A stretch of 64,000 nt of DNA from Amoebidium appalachense (GCA_963693365.1 CAVNZM010000002.1:3426259-3490258), one strand, 5' to 3'; shown: positions 1 through 60,463, numbered from the stretch's first letter. Numbers and translations are program-made. The notes: a model not told the origin generated them from the sequence alone.

Positions 1-407
1 TCTCTCTCCATCCATCCACCCCTCCACCCATTCTGGTGGGGGTGCTGTATTAATGTCTTCTGCCTGCACAACCACTTTGACTTCTGTTTGTTGCACTTTT
101 TTGATGGTCTTTGCCATCATTTTACATTCACGTTTGCCACCCTCGAATGCATATCCCCCCCCCCCCCCCCCCCCCCCCCCCCCACCCCCCTCCCACCCCC
201 TCCTCCCCCCTCCCTCCGCTCCCCTCCCACCCTCTCATTCGCCACTTCTCCCTCTCCTTTCGTAATGCAACCCCCCCCACCCCCCTCCCCCTTCCTCCCC
301 CCTCCCCCTTTCTTCCTCTCCACCCCCTTCCCCTTCTCCGTCTCCTTTCGTACATCACACCACATGCTCACACCAACTCCTCCCCCCCCCCCCCCCCCCC
401 CTTCCAG

Positions 408-46882
<46,475 letters not shown>

Positions 46883-47794
46883 CATTTGATAGCTTTGTTG
46901 ATAGCTAGTTAAGCCTATTTTTTGCTGTATGGGGCGACACATTTGTAACACCGTTTGCTCTCGCTTTTTTTTTTTTTTTGGCTTGTTACTTCCTATTGTA
47001 TGGGTGGGTGGAGGGGGTAATGCGTTTGTATACAAATCGTACGATTCGGTCCTGGATGTACGTGTATTGTTCTTGTGTTTTGTCTTTTGCAGTAAGATTT
47101 CAAATTTATCGGATTGGATTTATGCTTGAACTTCTTCATCTTTGAAAGTTTATCTATTACATGCAACATCGGTTTGTGGTATGCGATGCAGTAATATGGG
47201 ATTTCATTATGTGAATGTATGTGCGTATGTGTGAATTTTTTTGGGCTTGTGTGCGAATTCTTAGCCTGTTTTCTCCTGTTTTTTTTTTTTTTGGGGGGGG
47301 GGGGGGGGGGAGGGGGGGGGGGGGCTCATTCTAGATCTGATTGACGTATTATGTGTTTTTCAAGCCATGGTTGGACATCTTAATTAGTTCGAAAGGTTTT
47401 CTTTGTGCTCAATGCTGTTGCAATTGCATCCTCAGCGTCTATGCTATTATTATCACTTTACGTATAAAACGATGGTCGTATGGACTTGGCAAAATCTGTA
47501 AGCTCTTGTATCTAGTCATAACTAATGAACGGAACGAAAAGCGGAGTATTCCGTAGCTACCACTGTATTATCAGGTATCGAAATAAAATATGAGGGGTTT
47601 AGATTACGTTGCATGTGTGAACGCTAACAGGCCGCGGGCGAGGGGGGGGGGGGGGGGGGGGAAGGATATACGTTGGGGGGGAGGGGGGGGGGGGGGGGGG
47701 GGGGGGGATCACGCATACACATGTACAGAGAGACGTTATCATGAAAGAAAGGGGCCGAGAAGGAGCAAGAGAGCCCTGTGGGAGCAAGGGGAGG

Positions 47795-47830
<36 letters not shown>

Positions 47831-49975
47831 GGGGGAAGACTGTAGGCCACGAGGGCAGGGCCCGGAGAGTGGGATCTAAGCGAGAGAGAAAGAGAGCGAG
47901 CGAGCCTGAGAGAGCGAGAGAGAGAGAGAGAGAGAGGAGAGAGCTGTACGTGTGTGTGTATGTGTCAGAGTTAATATGTATAGAGAGCTATCATGATGTG
48001 GATGAAGGAAGGATATATAATCACAGCAGTGCCCCGGCATACGTATAGTCACCTATGATCAGTTTGAATTCCGAATCATTTCGAGAATTCTGGCCCGGCC
48101 CGATTTTATCTAGATAATGATATATATGTAACTAACTAGTACTACGATATAGTAATATTAAGTAATAATTTTCATAATGTTAATAAATTTTAAGCAATTG
48201 AGCATGTCTTAACCGGCTTGTACGCATGACATGTGGTCGTGCCGTGCACTGTGGCACCGCGGCCCGCGCTCTGCCCGAACTTTCTCAGATCTCCGAGAGT
48301 CATGTGTGACGGGCACACGCACGTGTACATGTGATACCTCTTTGGGCCCGGGGTCCCGTTTCAAGATCTGTTTCAAGAACATACCTATGATGTTGAACGC
48401 TTTTTTATCAAAGAGAGTTAAATTGAAAAAATGTTAAACACAAAACACACTCCTGCAAAAGCAGGTGAATTATATGACTAACAGGAGAGAAAGCTATTTT
48501 TCTGATGACATGTGCGCGGAATTCGAAGGCGTGGTCATACATATGCATGCTGGTACGTGGTGCGCTCCTAGCCAATCGGTGCATAATTATAATTGCTGTC
48601 TGCGGGTAAAGTTCCAGTTGATGTGAAATGATGGGGGGGAAACACGTAAATAGCTTGAAAAAAGGAGATGGGATGCTCACAGTGTTTGTAAGAACGGGAG
48701 ATAGCTATTGCAAACGGACCCCCGGGTCTCGAAAGTCTTCTGCTTAATGATGCTTTGCTCACATTCACCGACTCACCAAGATCTATTCACTGGTTTCTGA
48801 TTGGTGCAGGTCAACCGCAGATCCAGCGAATCTAGATTGGTAGATGCATAAAGCCAATCATTTGATTGACCAAAAAGCCTGAAATGGTTATCAGCATCTG
48901 GGCAGATCTGGGGCAGATGGCCGCGCGGCAAATTCAAAGTGCTCGCAGCAAGCTATCTGATACATACTCTTTTACGTATGTACATGCAGTACCTACATGT
49001 GTGCGCAAGTGCCGGCCGGCACGTACAGGACCACACTTGACAGAACCCTGGGTTACAAAGTATTTGTGCTAGTGAATCATGCGTCATTAAATGACCCGTT
49101 GAAGTAAAAAGACGGAAGTGTTTATACTGCAAGTTTAAAAGATGACGCCGTGCATGTGAGCCGTACGAACGACTGGTGACCGCGCGCAGTACAAATGGCT
49201 TTATCTATGGCACGCAGAACCCGTGCAGTTAATTGTCTCTAAGACACCACTCGTGTGATTAGCACTTATGTGCACTGCCTGCCGGATGTGCGCATCAATA
49301 TTGAAAGGCCAGTGATCATAAGCCCTCGTCGGAAAAGAATTTCGTCTCAGTAGCGTGTTATCATTAACATGTTGGTGTGTCTATTTCTTTAACTTGTTGA
49401 TGTTGTCTACCAACTCCACCATGGAAGTCCTACAATAGGCAATACCGACAACTCTTCATACTTGGAGCCTGAGGTTGGTCCCTTAGTACTGAAGGTATGA
49501 TATGTAATTTTTGTATCGTATGTGCGTATATATCTTTTTTTAAAAAAAGATTCATTAATATTGGTTCGAATTCCGGTGGGTGGAATCGAACAGACAAGTT
49601 GTCCTTCCATTCTTCTTCTTTTTGTTTTTCATACTTTGCGCTTCTAGATCTCCTCATTTTGAATATTCTTCTCTTTCATATTTATATCATAACTTGGTCA
49701 GACTCTCACGATGCTTGTTTAAACACTTTGTGCTGTGCGCACAAACATAGTATATGGGTACACAAGTAATAGATTCCCACTTCCGCGTCGTGGCTCTGCA
49801 TAATACTGTCGCGCAAGATTGGGCAATATTGAGCTGTTAAATAGCAGTTATCAATCTCCGGGTCTCTTACAGACAGGTAGTAAAGCACAGGCGTGCACAC
49901 GCCACACACGTGCACACACGCACACGCACACACGCACACACGTGTGCACACACACACACACACATACACACACGT

Positions 49976-50112
<137 letters not shown>

Positions 50113-51916
50113 CACACATGAACGCACACGAACAGACATGCATACTGAGTCTCAAGCACGCACGCATGCACACCACAGTACATGCACGCACACGCGCGCG
50201 CTGAACTACATCACGCATACACACACATGCACACATACATACACACCCACAAACGTATACACACGCACACACATACTCGCACACAAACACCTTGCCCGGA
50301 CACATACCGACATACATGCACTGGCATATCAGTGTTGTGAGCTATGAAATATCTGTGCTTGCACTCGAACTACTCACCCTCACCCCCCCCCCCCCCCCCC
50401 CCCCCCCTTACCTTCCTCCCCCCCCCCCCCCAAAAAAAAAAAAAAAAAAAAAAAACACAATAATAAAAACAGAACAAAACAAATAGAAAACGAGAAGGAA
50501 TTTGTATGCGTAGACATAGCAACAGGCTAGCTGGATGGCTTGGGTTCGCTGAGTTGCCTGCAGCCTCTTGTGTGCTTGTGTAAAATTTCTTGTCTGGATA
50601 ATCCTGAACAATTTCTAACATATACGTGAACTGACCTTGCAATTTTTGTGTACTGGTTAATTTTCCCGGCATACTATGTAACAGAATTTGACCCCTCCCT
50701 CTCCCCCCCTCCCCCCTCCTCCCCTTCCCCCCCCCCCCCCCCCCCCCCCCCCCCTTTTACCACCACCACCACCACCACTAACACCACTACCCTCCTGTCC
50801 CTCCCTCCCTCCCCCCCCCCCCCCCCCCCCACCCATCCCAAAAAAAAAAAAAAAAAAAAAAAAAGGAGGGGGGAGAGGGGGGGGGGGGGGGGGGGAGGAT
50901 TACTCGAACCGACCACACCAGCATCTATTTTTGAGTAACCCAAGCCCAAATAGAAGCTGAAGATTATTCCAATAGTGGGTTCTCTTTTTTCTGTCTCGAG
51001 ATCACATACTTTGATCTCTGCCTCTTTGTCTGTCTCTTGTCTCTCCCTATCCCTCTCTGCCTAACACTATAAGGAACCCTTAATCTCTAAAACCTCCCCC
51101 CCCTTTTTTTAATTACAGGTGTATGGCAGCGCAAAATGCCTGCACACAATCTGACGGTTGGGTGGCGACCAACCTAACCAGGCCCAAACATTGAAACAAC
51201 CGTGTGGGCCAATCTGGGATCACCAGCTATAACCAAATTAGGATATGGCAGTGGTTAAGGTGGGGGTTTTAAACCTGGGGCATTAAAGTCTAAGTATGGA
51301 GCGGTTGACACATAAATGGATATACACGTGGTGAGAGCCAATCATGTTGAAGGGATTGAAGAGAAGGGTGCATGCGATGAACCAACCAAACCCCTTGCTT
51401 TTCACGGAACAAAAAGCGGTTTGCTGGAAGCAACGTCGGGCATGAACCCCACCCCGTCCAATCTTGAGACCCCCGGCTTCAGCAAAATTCCATGGAAGCG
51501 GGGCTAAATAATGAGACAACACCAGGCGAGACCGATCACAAGGAAAAGAAACCCAAGACACTCCAGAAGTTGGGAAGTGCATTGGAATTCTTGAATTTAC
51601 GGGTAAGCACCCATCTTGGTTTTTGTTTCTGCATCGAGTGGATTCTGTTTTGCAGCCGTGATACCCCGTGTCTCTCTCTCTCCTTCTTGTCCTCCTCCTA
51701 TGATTCCTTCCCTCCCCCCTTGAATATGCAGAGTCCAGCCACTCCTACTATCTCCATTGCGGTCCTCTCCAATCTGTATGCTGTAACCCCCCCCCCCCCC
51801 CCTCCCCCCCCCCCCCCCGCCCGCCCCCTCCCCCTTCTCCTTCCCCCTCCATCCACCCCAGAACCCAAAAGCCCCGGTGTTCAAGGTATGTGGTAAGCAC
51901 AAGAGCCTGAATAACA

Positions 51917-51984
<68 letters not shown>

Positions 51985-52605
51985 GACATGCAATGCACGT
52001 GAACATAGACTTGTACAGGTGCACACACAACTACACACCCATGCAACCTCATGTATCTCATGAGTCGGTGGCAAATATACTTTGCACGACTATGTATAAC
52101 CGTTTTATCTTTCCCTCGATCCTCTTTCTCCTCAACACAAATATTGAGACCAAAAAATTGCTGAAAAGCGTAACCACCGTCAATGCACAACCGACGATTT
52201 TTCCTGCCCAACCCCATGCTACACCATTTTTTTTTATCGAATATCCGTGCCACCTATTTATTTGCTATCTGAATGTTCAAATCTAAAATATATCCGGACG
52301 TGCACTCCAAGGCCCCCTCCACCCCCTTCTTTCGGCTTCCATTCCCTTCCACTAGTGACGCTTTAAAACCCTGGCCATTTGCTAACCATATTGTAGTGCT
52401 AGGCTCTCACGCTTCTCCCCTCCCATCTGCCCCACCCCTTTTCCCCCCCCGCTCCCCCCCTCCCCCCCCTCCGCCCTCTCTTCCCCCCTACGGGCCCTCC
52501 CCCCCACCCCCCTCCTCTCTCTCTCCCCTCCCCCCCCCTCCCCCCCCCCCCCCCCCGGCCCCCCTCTCCCCCCTCCCCCCCCTCCCCCCCTTCCGTTACG
52601 GGGTG

Positions 52606-52637
<32 letters not shown>

Positions 52638-53063
52638 TTCAGCCCGATTTCCCTTTCATTTCCCCACCACTCCCTCCCGGCCCTCCCTCACAACCTTACC
52701 ACCACACCGTAAACGTCCTTCCCCGTTTGTTCTTGCCATCTGACCCCCCCCCCCCCCCTCACCCCCTCCACCCCTACCCCCTCTCACCAAAAAAACAAAA
52801 AAAACAAAAAAAACAAACAAACAAACATAACCATCTGGCCCTAAGACCTCAGGTTCTTGCTTCCCTTCACACGCAGCCCTTCGGACTTCCCCTTCCTCCT
52901 CCCCACCCCTCACCCCCCTCCACCCTCACCCCACTCACACACACCCACGCACACACATGCACAGACAGTCCTACAAGCGGCGCAGTGATCCGATATCCAC
53001 TTGTGGGCAAAGTGCCATGGCGGCTTTGGATATACCCACCCTTCGGATATCTAAAAGCGAACA

Positions 53064-56000
53064 ATTTTTTTTTATTTTTTTTTTTTATTTTTTTTTATTT
53101 TATCACGTTTTGTTCCCGGAGGGCCTTTTCAGGCCCTCTAGGGAAACTACCGTCTACCACACAGCACCGACAGTACACTAGTTAAGGTGCTATCTATGAG
53201 TTCAGCTAAGCTAAACCATCCTTCACAACCTAACTATAAGTACACACTTTGCCCAGGGCTACTACCCCAGCCACGCCGGCAGGAGGCTCCAGTCCTCCCC
53301 TCCATTCAAAACCTAGCAATAAACGTTAACCGAGGGCTCTCATTGGTCGATCTACAGTATTGGGAAGTCCTAGGTGTTGTGTATAATATTTACGGTGGGT
53401 ATGGGTGGATGATGGGGTGTGGTGGTGGTGGTGGTGGGGGGTTGCTGCCTAACATTATGTGTTGGTGTACGTATGTTGTGGCGATGTTTTTGTGGACTAA
53501 AAGGTGGGTTTTACAGGGCACACCGGGTCTGTGGGTGTTCCGGCATTCAGAACAGGCCGGCCGGGTGTGTGTGGGGGGTGTATTTGTTGGTTTTTTGGGT
53601 TTTTGGAGAGCCATACTTTTCTTTCTACGGGTGGTGGGTATATGGTGGTGTTTTTGCATTTTGGGGGGGGGGGGGGGGGAGTGTTGTGTTCCGTGGGTGC
53701 CAAATTTTTGAAAAGAAAAAGGATTGCAACTCTACTGTGATTTTTCCTAAGATGGCCCGGGTGGTGGTCTTGGTGGTGCCGGTGGCTGCAAGTAGTGGGC
53801 CCACCGATCGTGGGCAGAATCCCCGTTCGACCCACTTGGTGTCTTCGGGGTCAGGTGGGTCACCGTTGCCTCCTATCCAGTTTATCCATGCACATTGGTC
53901 TACCACCGTGGCTGCCGTATGGTGGTGCTGTGCCGTGGGGGTGTTTGGATGACGAGTGTGCAGGACGTTGTGGATGCAGGCTGTGATGGCGGTGGTCAGG
54001 GTGGGGACTTCCCCGGCATGGGCCGGGCAGGCCCAGAGGTGGGTGGTGGTCTCAGGGTGCTGGCTGCACCGGGGGCATGTGGGCTGTGTAACGACGGTGG
54101 GGTGATCTCGGTGTAGCCGTGCCATGGTAGGCAGGGTGCCCATGGCCAGGGACAGGCTACGAGTGTTTCCTCTGACTGCCCCGATGGTTGCCTGTGTGGG
54201 CCCCTTGTTGAGCTTGAGGGGGTTCCGTTCGGCTGGGAGCAGTCTGGGGTCGGCTAGTATGGACATAGCCTTGGTCTTGCCGGCCATGTCGGTGAGGAAG
54301 TCCTTGTTCAACCGGTTCAGTGTACCGGGAATGTTGCCGGGGATACGGTGGCCTTGTAGTCGTAGGAAGTATTTCCCCCCCCCCCCGGGGCCGGAGGTAG
54401 GGGGGAGGGGGGAGGACTCTTCCTGCATTGGCTGCCTTGTCTGCCTCGTTATTCCGTTGACCGTACCGTTTGGTGTTGGATTGGTGCCCCTTCACCCACG
54501 ATACCTGTACAGAGCCTGGTTGCCGGAGAGAGAGTTGGTCTCGTACGTGAGCCCATTCCACTATGTGGGGGAACTTTAGCTTGCGTCGAGGGGGTGTGGT
54601 GGGGTCTATATTTGCCGTCCATCGGTCGACTACTCCGAGGTTATCGAGCTTGATGTGGATGGGGGTGGTGGTGGGGGTGAGCAGGAGGGCTAGTAGTACC
54701 CCTGTGAGTTCGGCTTGGGTGGATGATAGGGCCGTATGGAGCCTGGTCTTGGCCGTCACTGGAGGTGCTTTCCGGTCCGGGGTGTCCAGTACCGCCCCGG
54801 CTCCGGCCTGGGCTATCCTCCTGCCCGGGTGGATGAGGCTGCCGTCCGTATAAACGGTGATCGGTTGGTCTGGGGGGATCAGGGTGATTTGCTGCTGCCA
54901 CTCGTCATAGGTGGCCTGGGGCACCAAGTCGGTGTAGGTGAGCCTACGGGGAGTGGGTGGGCTCGGCAGGTCAGCCGGGTGGGCCGTGCACTTGTGTCCT
55001 GGTGGCGACCCTACCGGTGGTGGCTGCTGGGGGGGGGGTGGGCCGGGGAGGTCCCCCGGTAAGGGGGTGGCTTCCTCGTTGGCTTGCAGGTGGAGCATCT
55101 GGGGTGATGCCTGTTGGTGGGGGGGAAGATGCCGCCGGAAATGGTGTATCTTCCTCCACTGCTCGGCCGGATCGGAGCCATCCTTCAGTGCGATGACTTG
55201 GTAGATGTCGATACTGTCGGTGTTGATGAAGTCCTTGTGGTACTTCGGGACTACCATGTGGGTGGTGATTCGGGTCTTGAAGGCCACGTAGGGGTCTGCC
55301 CGTATCACCTCCACAGCACGGGTCCACCCCACACACTGCTTGTTGTGGGTGTGATTATCGGCTGGGGGCTCAGGGGGCTCGTATTTGCTGTTGGTGCTGT
55401 CGGTGTTAGAGTCCTCTGAGTCGTCGGAGTCGTCGCTGGGCCCCGTCGACTCCGATTCTGGCTCCGTGTCTAACCCTTCCCCCTCTCCGTCTGCGTACCC
55501 GGGGTTGGGGGAGAGGGTGGCCGGGGTGTAGGCTAGGTTCCATGGGGAGTGGCCGTATTTGCAGTCACCAGTGCAAAAGCGGAAATGGGCTGTTCCATGT
55601 GGGTCGTTCCACGTGGGTCGGTGCCATCTCAGCCCCTCCTCCTCTGTGTTGTCCCGTAGATGGGCTATTTTGACCCAAGCCTCCCCGTTGTGGGTGGTGT
55701 GGGCCACCACCTGGCTGAGTTCGTATTGCCCGTTCTTGACTATTTCCACCACGAATGCACCGACGGGGTGGTTTGGCACGAGGTCAATGGTGTGGTGGGT
55801 GTGTGGTCTGGGTGTTGGCCGTAGTTTGTCTGCGATGGGGATGGCCCCCTTGATGATGGACCTGTACCACTGTGTAGCTCCCGGGTGTAGTAGGTCTGGG
55901 GGGTGGGGCAGTTCGGGGAACGCCCGGAACACCCCCGGCCGTACCATGGTGTCCTCCACCGTGTAGAGTTGACGGGGGTGTGTGTGGGGGCCGATGTGGG

Positions 56001-56675
56001 CCGCAAAGGTGTGGTCCGGGAAAACGGTGTTGATAGGGGTGCTGGTTGTTGTTGCTGCTTCCCCTCCTTCTCCTTGGGGGGAGGGGGGGGGGTGGGGTGG
56101 GGGTGCTTGTGTTTTTTGGGGAGGGGTTTCCCCAATACTCAGGTGCCGCTCGTGAAGGATCCCCGTGATATGGGCCCAATAGTTGTGGAGCTGCTTTCCC
56201 CCTAGCCTGTAAAGTTTGGCTGGGGGTGCTTGCAGGGGTGGGTAGGGTAGGCCTGTCACGTGTTGCTGCTGCCAGGCTCGGTACCGGACCACGTCCCCTG
56301 CTGGTCCTGGTGTTTCCAGCAGGGCACACAGCTCCGTAACCATGGTGCTGGCTGCTGATTCGACGATGCTGGCCAGTCCCCCTAGAGTGGGATGGTGTAG
56401 CAGCCCGGACGGGGTGCTCCGGTGGAAACCACACTTCCGACGGAGTAGGTCTCTCCACTTGCTGTCGATTGCCTGCATGGTGGTGTTGCTGATGACTGAC
56501 CCTTTGAGGAGGAAGAGGATGGCCGGGGCCACCACACTGTTGGCTACGTAGATCACTTGGCTGGGTGCCAGCATTTTACGGGCTAGTATGGTGGTGGCCC
56601 GTAATGTCAGCTGCATGGCCTTCCCATCGTTGGGCCGGGTGTGTCGTTGGAGGGTGATGTTGACCCCTAGCACTC
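53064..56675 (-). mobile_element. 5'-truncated non-LTR retrotransposon (LINE) with RT C-terminus, RNase H and CCHC knuckle; A-rich tail; 14-bp TSD
   Basis: Starts at the end of the RT (VLGV, equivalent to the YLG motif). RNase H motifs VYTDGS, SSTQAELTG, KLDN, WVKGH, NNEADKAA. Zn knuckle CPRC..ETTTHLWAC. T-rich tract on + at about 53065-53101 is the poly-A tail on -. Direct repeat TCTAAAAGCGAACA at 53050-53063 and 56676-56689. Confidence 0.93.
53625..56673 (-). pseudogene. LINE ORF2 remnant split into two frames (54157-56673 and 53625-54428)
   Basis: The frame change falls in G/C homopolymer runs at about 54375-54415, possibly a sequencing error; endonuclease and most of the RT are missing. 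Confidence 0.85.
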
Positions 56676-56808
56676 TCTAAAAGCGAACAGGTAAGGAATG
56701 TTGATACCTCTTTTCTAGCTTTGGTGTGCACAGACACATCTGCTGGGGCCCGGGTATGAAGAGTCCCCGTCCCCCCCCCCCCCCACACACACACACCCCC
56801 ACCCCCCA

Positions 56809-56848
<40 letters not shown>

Positions 56849-56949
56849 CCCCTCCCCCCCCTCCTCTTATCTCTAAACGCCCACAGATGACCCAAACACA
56901 CATCGTGTTCGCACACCCACACACATCCATAAACATGCACACAACATAT

Positions 56950-57022
<73 letters not shown>

Positions 57023-57392
57023 CACCAAACACAACACATTAATTCGAAACCAGAAAAAAAGGTTTGCGCCTAAGCTTATGTTTTACACCACTATTGGCTC
57101 AGATATTGTAGTACAGTAGCCCGCAGACACACTGCGGTCCGTCAGGGTTTGATTTTCCGAAAAAAACGTTCCTGTGTCGTTGCCATATGGTGGCGCCGGC
57201 GCTGCAGCTGCCTGGCATGCTCATGCGCAGCCGCTGACTGGGGCATAGCAACTTTTGTTTTCTTGGTCAGGTACACATTTTCCGGTTTCATGACAGTCTG
57301 GGTCAAGAAAACGCATATGATTTAGACAGACTGAGTCACGGTGTGTGTGTGTGTGTGTGTCACGGTGTGTGTGTATGTATGTACGTACACAC

Positions 57393-57468
<76 letters not shown>

Positions 57469-57490
57469 TGTGTGTGTGTGTGTGTGTGTG

Positions 57491-57549
<59 letters not shown>

Positions 57550-58890
57550 GTGAGTGTATGCGTGCCAGGTGTTTGTGTGTGCGTGTGCGCGTGTGTGTAC
57601 TTGCATGTGTGTGTGTGCGTGTGTGTGCGTGTGTGTGTGTGTGTACATGTGTGTGTGTGTGTGTTTGTGTGTGGTGTGTGTGTGTACATGTCTACATATG
57701 TACATGCATGTGCGCTTGTGTATTGGTGTGTGTGCATAAATTTGCGTGTGCGTGTGTGTGTGTGGGTGTTTGTGTGTCATGTATACGTGTCCATGACAGA
57801 TAGAGAGTGTGTATCTGTACTTGTCTGAATGTGTAGTGTTTAACATTTGTGTCTGTGTGCGCAGCATGTCACCATTGTGCTGATAATATACCTAATGCAT
57901 TCTCTGTGCATCTGGTTGTGTGTGCACGGTACCAGTTTTCCGGTGTTGTTTCAAAATCTTCAGGCCCGCAGGCGCGCCCCCTGGCGCAGGGGCGCGCAGA
58001 ACCATGAACTTTCTAGTATGTAGTGCATGCGATGTTGAACTGGCGAAACACTTCAGTTTTTATATGCGGTCATGGAAGCTTCTGGCCAGTGATGTGTTTG
58101 AGCTATCAGGGCGCGACATAAGGCTGAGTAGGGGGAAAAAGAACGGGAAAACACAAAAGCATACGGGTGAAAAACTATTTGAGCCCCGCTCAGTTTTGGA
58201 ATCTACATTTGATATTTGCAAACTCACTGCGACAACTTCTGCATCTATGTACAGTTTATTTCAAAATATATATTTTCCTTTAATGACCATTTTTTTATAA
58301 CCCTTACGGTACCTACTCGTGCCTGAGGGAGGGTCCTAAATAAACAGGGCACACTTCGATGATTGATACGGTTATCAAGAGGTCCTGTGCGGAGAGAATC
58401 ACGAGTAAAAATTACCTACCCTGTGCGTGATCTTGCTTTGATTGGTTGTCTTAATTTGCTGGTCAGCCACAGATCGTGCATTTCCATTGGAGATCTTGGG
58501 AAAACAGCATGTTGATGGAATGCTCTTTAGAAATGCGGTAGTTTAGATGCATGATATAAAACATCATTAATTGGCTAGATGAATCTGAGTAGCTGGAGCT
58601 GCAACTATTAAAGTATTTGTGCACCAACCATAGCCCCACATGGTAATGCCAAGTTACCGTTTCAATAATGAACGTGCATCAGCTCCAACTTTTGCCTACA
58701 ACGGTCCGCGAGAATCCGCATTGTATTTATATTTGCAAATATAGAGGCATCCGGCTAATATTTGACGAAGTAAGTAAAAAAAAAAACAATATATATAGTT
58801 TGATTCATAACGTTCTGTATTGATACCTTGATGGCTCTTCAAAAACATCTCATGACACAGTTTGCCACACTTCACCGGTATGGAGCCTAT

Positions 58891-58950
58891 CCAATCACAA
58901 CGATTGGTGTTTCCCCTACGCATATATAAACGCAGACGTAGGCTTCAGTC
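58891..58950 (+). promoter_or_regulatory. Putative Pol II core promoter of the GNAT gene
   Basis: Inverted CCAAT pair CCAATC..GATTGG (58891-58907), TATATAAA at about 58923-58930, Inr-like TCAGT at about 58945. Confidence 0.5.
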
Positions 58951-59077
58951 AATCATCAGCTTCTTTCCCGTTGAGTTCAGGTTTCTCATGACGGCCTGGC
59001 TTTTTTTTGTCCGCGCACTAGCGTTGATGTAGAGTGACTTGTTCAGTGGATAAGTTAGCTACGGCACTGTAGAAAAC

Positions 59078-59926
59078 ATGAGTCCACTCCTTTCTTCTGC
59101 CCTCGCGCAGTTTAGGCCCTTCCTCACGTGTGCTTCCACAGTGGCAGTAGCATTCCCAGCAGTCTGCCAAGTGACCAAGCAAGTTACAAAGGCACAGAAG
59201 GGTGTTAAGGTTACCGAAACATGGGAGAAAGACGGCCACACGTTCGTTCTGGGCCCCATAACCGCACAACACAAAAATCTTATAGTTGATGCCTTCAACC
59301 ATTTGTCAGATGAATCTCGCGAAAGGCGGTTTTTCAATCAGAAGAAGGAGCTCTCGGACGAAGAGCTCGAATTCTTCACGCATCCCGACATGAAAAACCA
59401 CTACGCAGTAGGGGTCGCGCTCAAGAACCCAGACGGCACACTCACTGGTGTTGCTGAAGGACGGTATGTCCGCCTGAAGACAGATCCAGAGGCAGCAGAG
59501 ATAGCGTTTACAGTTGTGGACGAGTTTCAAGGCCAAGGGGTGGCCACAAAGATCTTCGAAAAACTGGTCGAGGGTGCGGCTGCAAACGGAATCAAGAAAC
59601 TGGAGGCTATCACTCACTCAGACAACACGGGTATGAAGAACTTGGTGTTGCACCACGCACGAAACGTCAAAGCGACACGCGATGCCGAGGGAGTTTTGTT
59701 AGTTTTCAACGTGGAGGATGCGCTTCCGGAACATGAAAGGATACCCGAGGACCAGCATCACTTGACACAGGAAGAGCGTCTTGCGGAAGCGCTTAAGCGC
59801 GGTGCAGTCTCGTTTCAGATAGCGGCGGGGCATGCAATGACAAGCAACCCACTTGTGCAGCAGAGAAGGTATGCTGTGTTGTTTCCGCAGCACAACTCGG
59901 CCCTGTCCTTGTACCGGAGATATTAA
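59078..59926 (+). CDS. GNAT-family N-acetyltransferase resembling the bacterial Pat-type GNAT domain; intronless
   Basis: 282-aa ORF with LSDESRERRFF, GRYVR..DPEAAEIAFTVVDEFQGQGVA (acetyl-CoA motif A QxxGxA) and HSDNTGM; no simple repeats. Confidence 0.88.
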   Translation: MSPLLSSALAQFRPFLTCASTVAVAFPAVCQVTKQVTKAQKGVKVTETWEKDGHTFVLGPITAQHKNLIVDAFNHLSDESRERRFFNQKKELSDEELEFFTHPDMKNHYAVGVALKNPDGTLTGVAEGRYVRLKTDPEAAEIAFTVVDEFQGQGVATKIFEKLVEGAAANGIKKLEAITHSDNTGMKNLVLHHARNVKATRDAEGVLLVFNVEDALPEHERIPEDQHHLTQEERLAEALKRGAVSFQIAAGHAMTSNPLVQQRRYAVLFPQHNSALSLYRRY

Positions 59927-60421
59927 GATGGCTTTTTGGCTGGGTGTCTAACTCCAATATGAGATTTTATTAAGATTTGCGCAAGTCGCGGGTGTGTTGT
60001 TTGGTTTACTTTGTATCATAGCTACCTGTTCTTTATTTCAACTCTTTATCCGAACTCGTACCTAGCCGTTTGATCTAATATATTAATCTTGCCTCCTTTA
60101 CCTGAACTCTTTTTTTGACTTCCATGAAACGACATACGTAATTTCAAACTCAAGTCTATTTTTGACCTAACCTTCGAAGTACGAAATTAAACAATTGTTA
60201 CGCTGGACGTACAACTTGCTAAGTTGTGTGCAAACAGAAGTGAGATAAGCAGTCGCGCCTCCCCCCTCCCCCCCCCTTTGCCCCCCCCCCCCCCACAGTC
60301 ACTTCTGCCTGTTGTGTTAATTATTTGCTGGACTTTAGAATCTGTGCTTCTGTGTTGCTCCCCCCCCCCCCCCCCCCCCCTCCTCCGCCTCCCCCTCCCC
60401 CCCCCCCTCCTCGCCTTCCAA

Positions 60422-60463
<42 letters not shown>

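Noticed and set aside
51316-51896. Short complex ORFs as an independent protein-coding gene
   Set aside because: There are stops in all frames of the exon-like block and no recognisable motif; mentioned only as part of a possible decayed locus.
54375-54415. Programmed frameshift in the LINE ORF
   Set aside because: It falls in G/C homopolymer runs in a truncated copy; a sequencing error or post-insertion slippage is simpler.
57900-58350. MITE/DNA-transposon-like complex sequence (also about 5838-6070, 15010-15280 and 48050-49350)
   Set aside because: I could not find terminal inverted repeats, TSDs or a second copy in the window.
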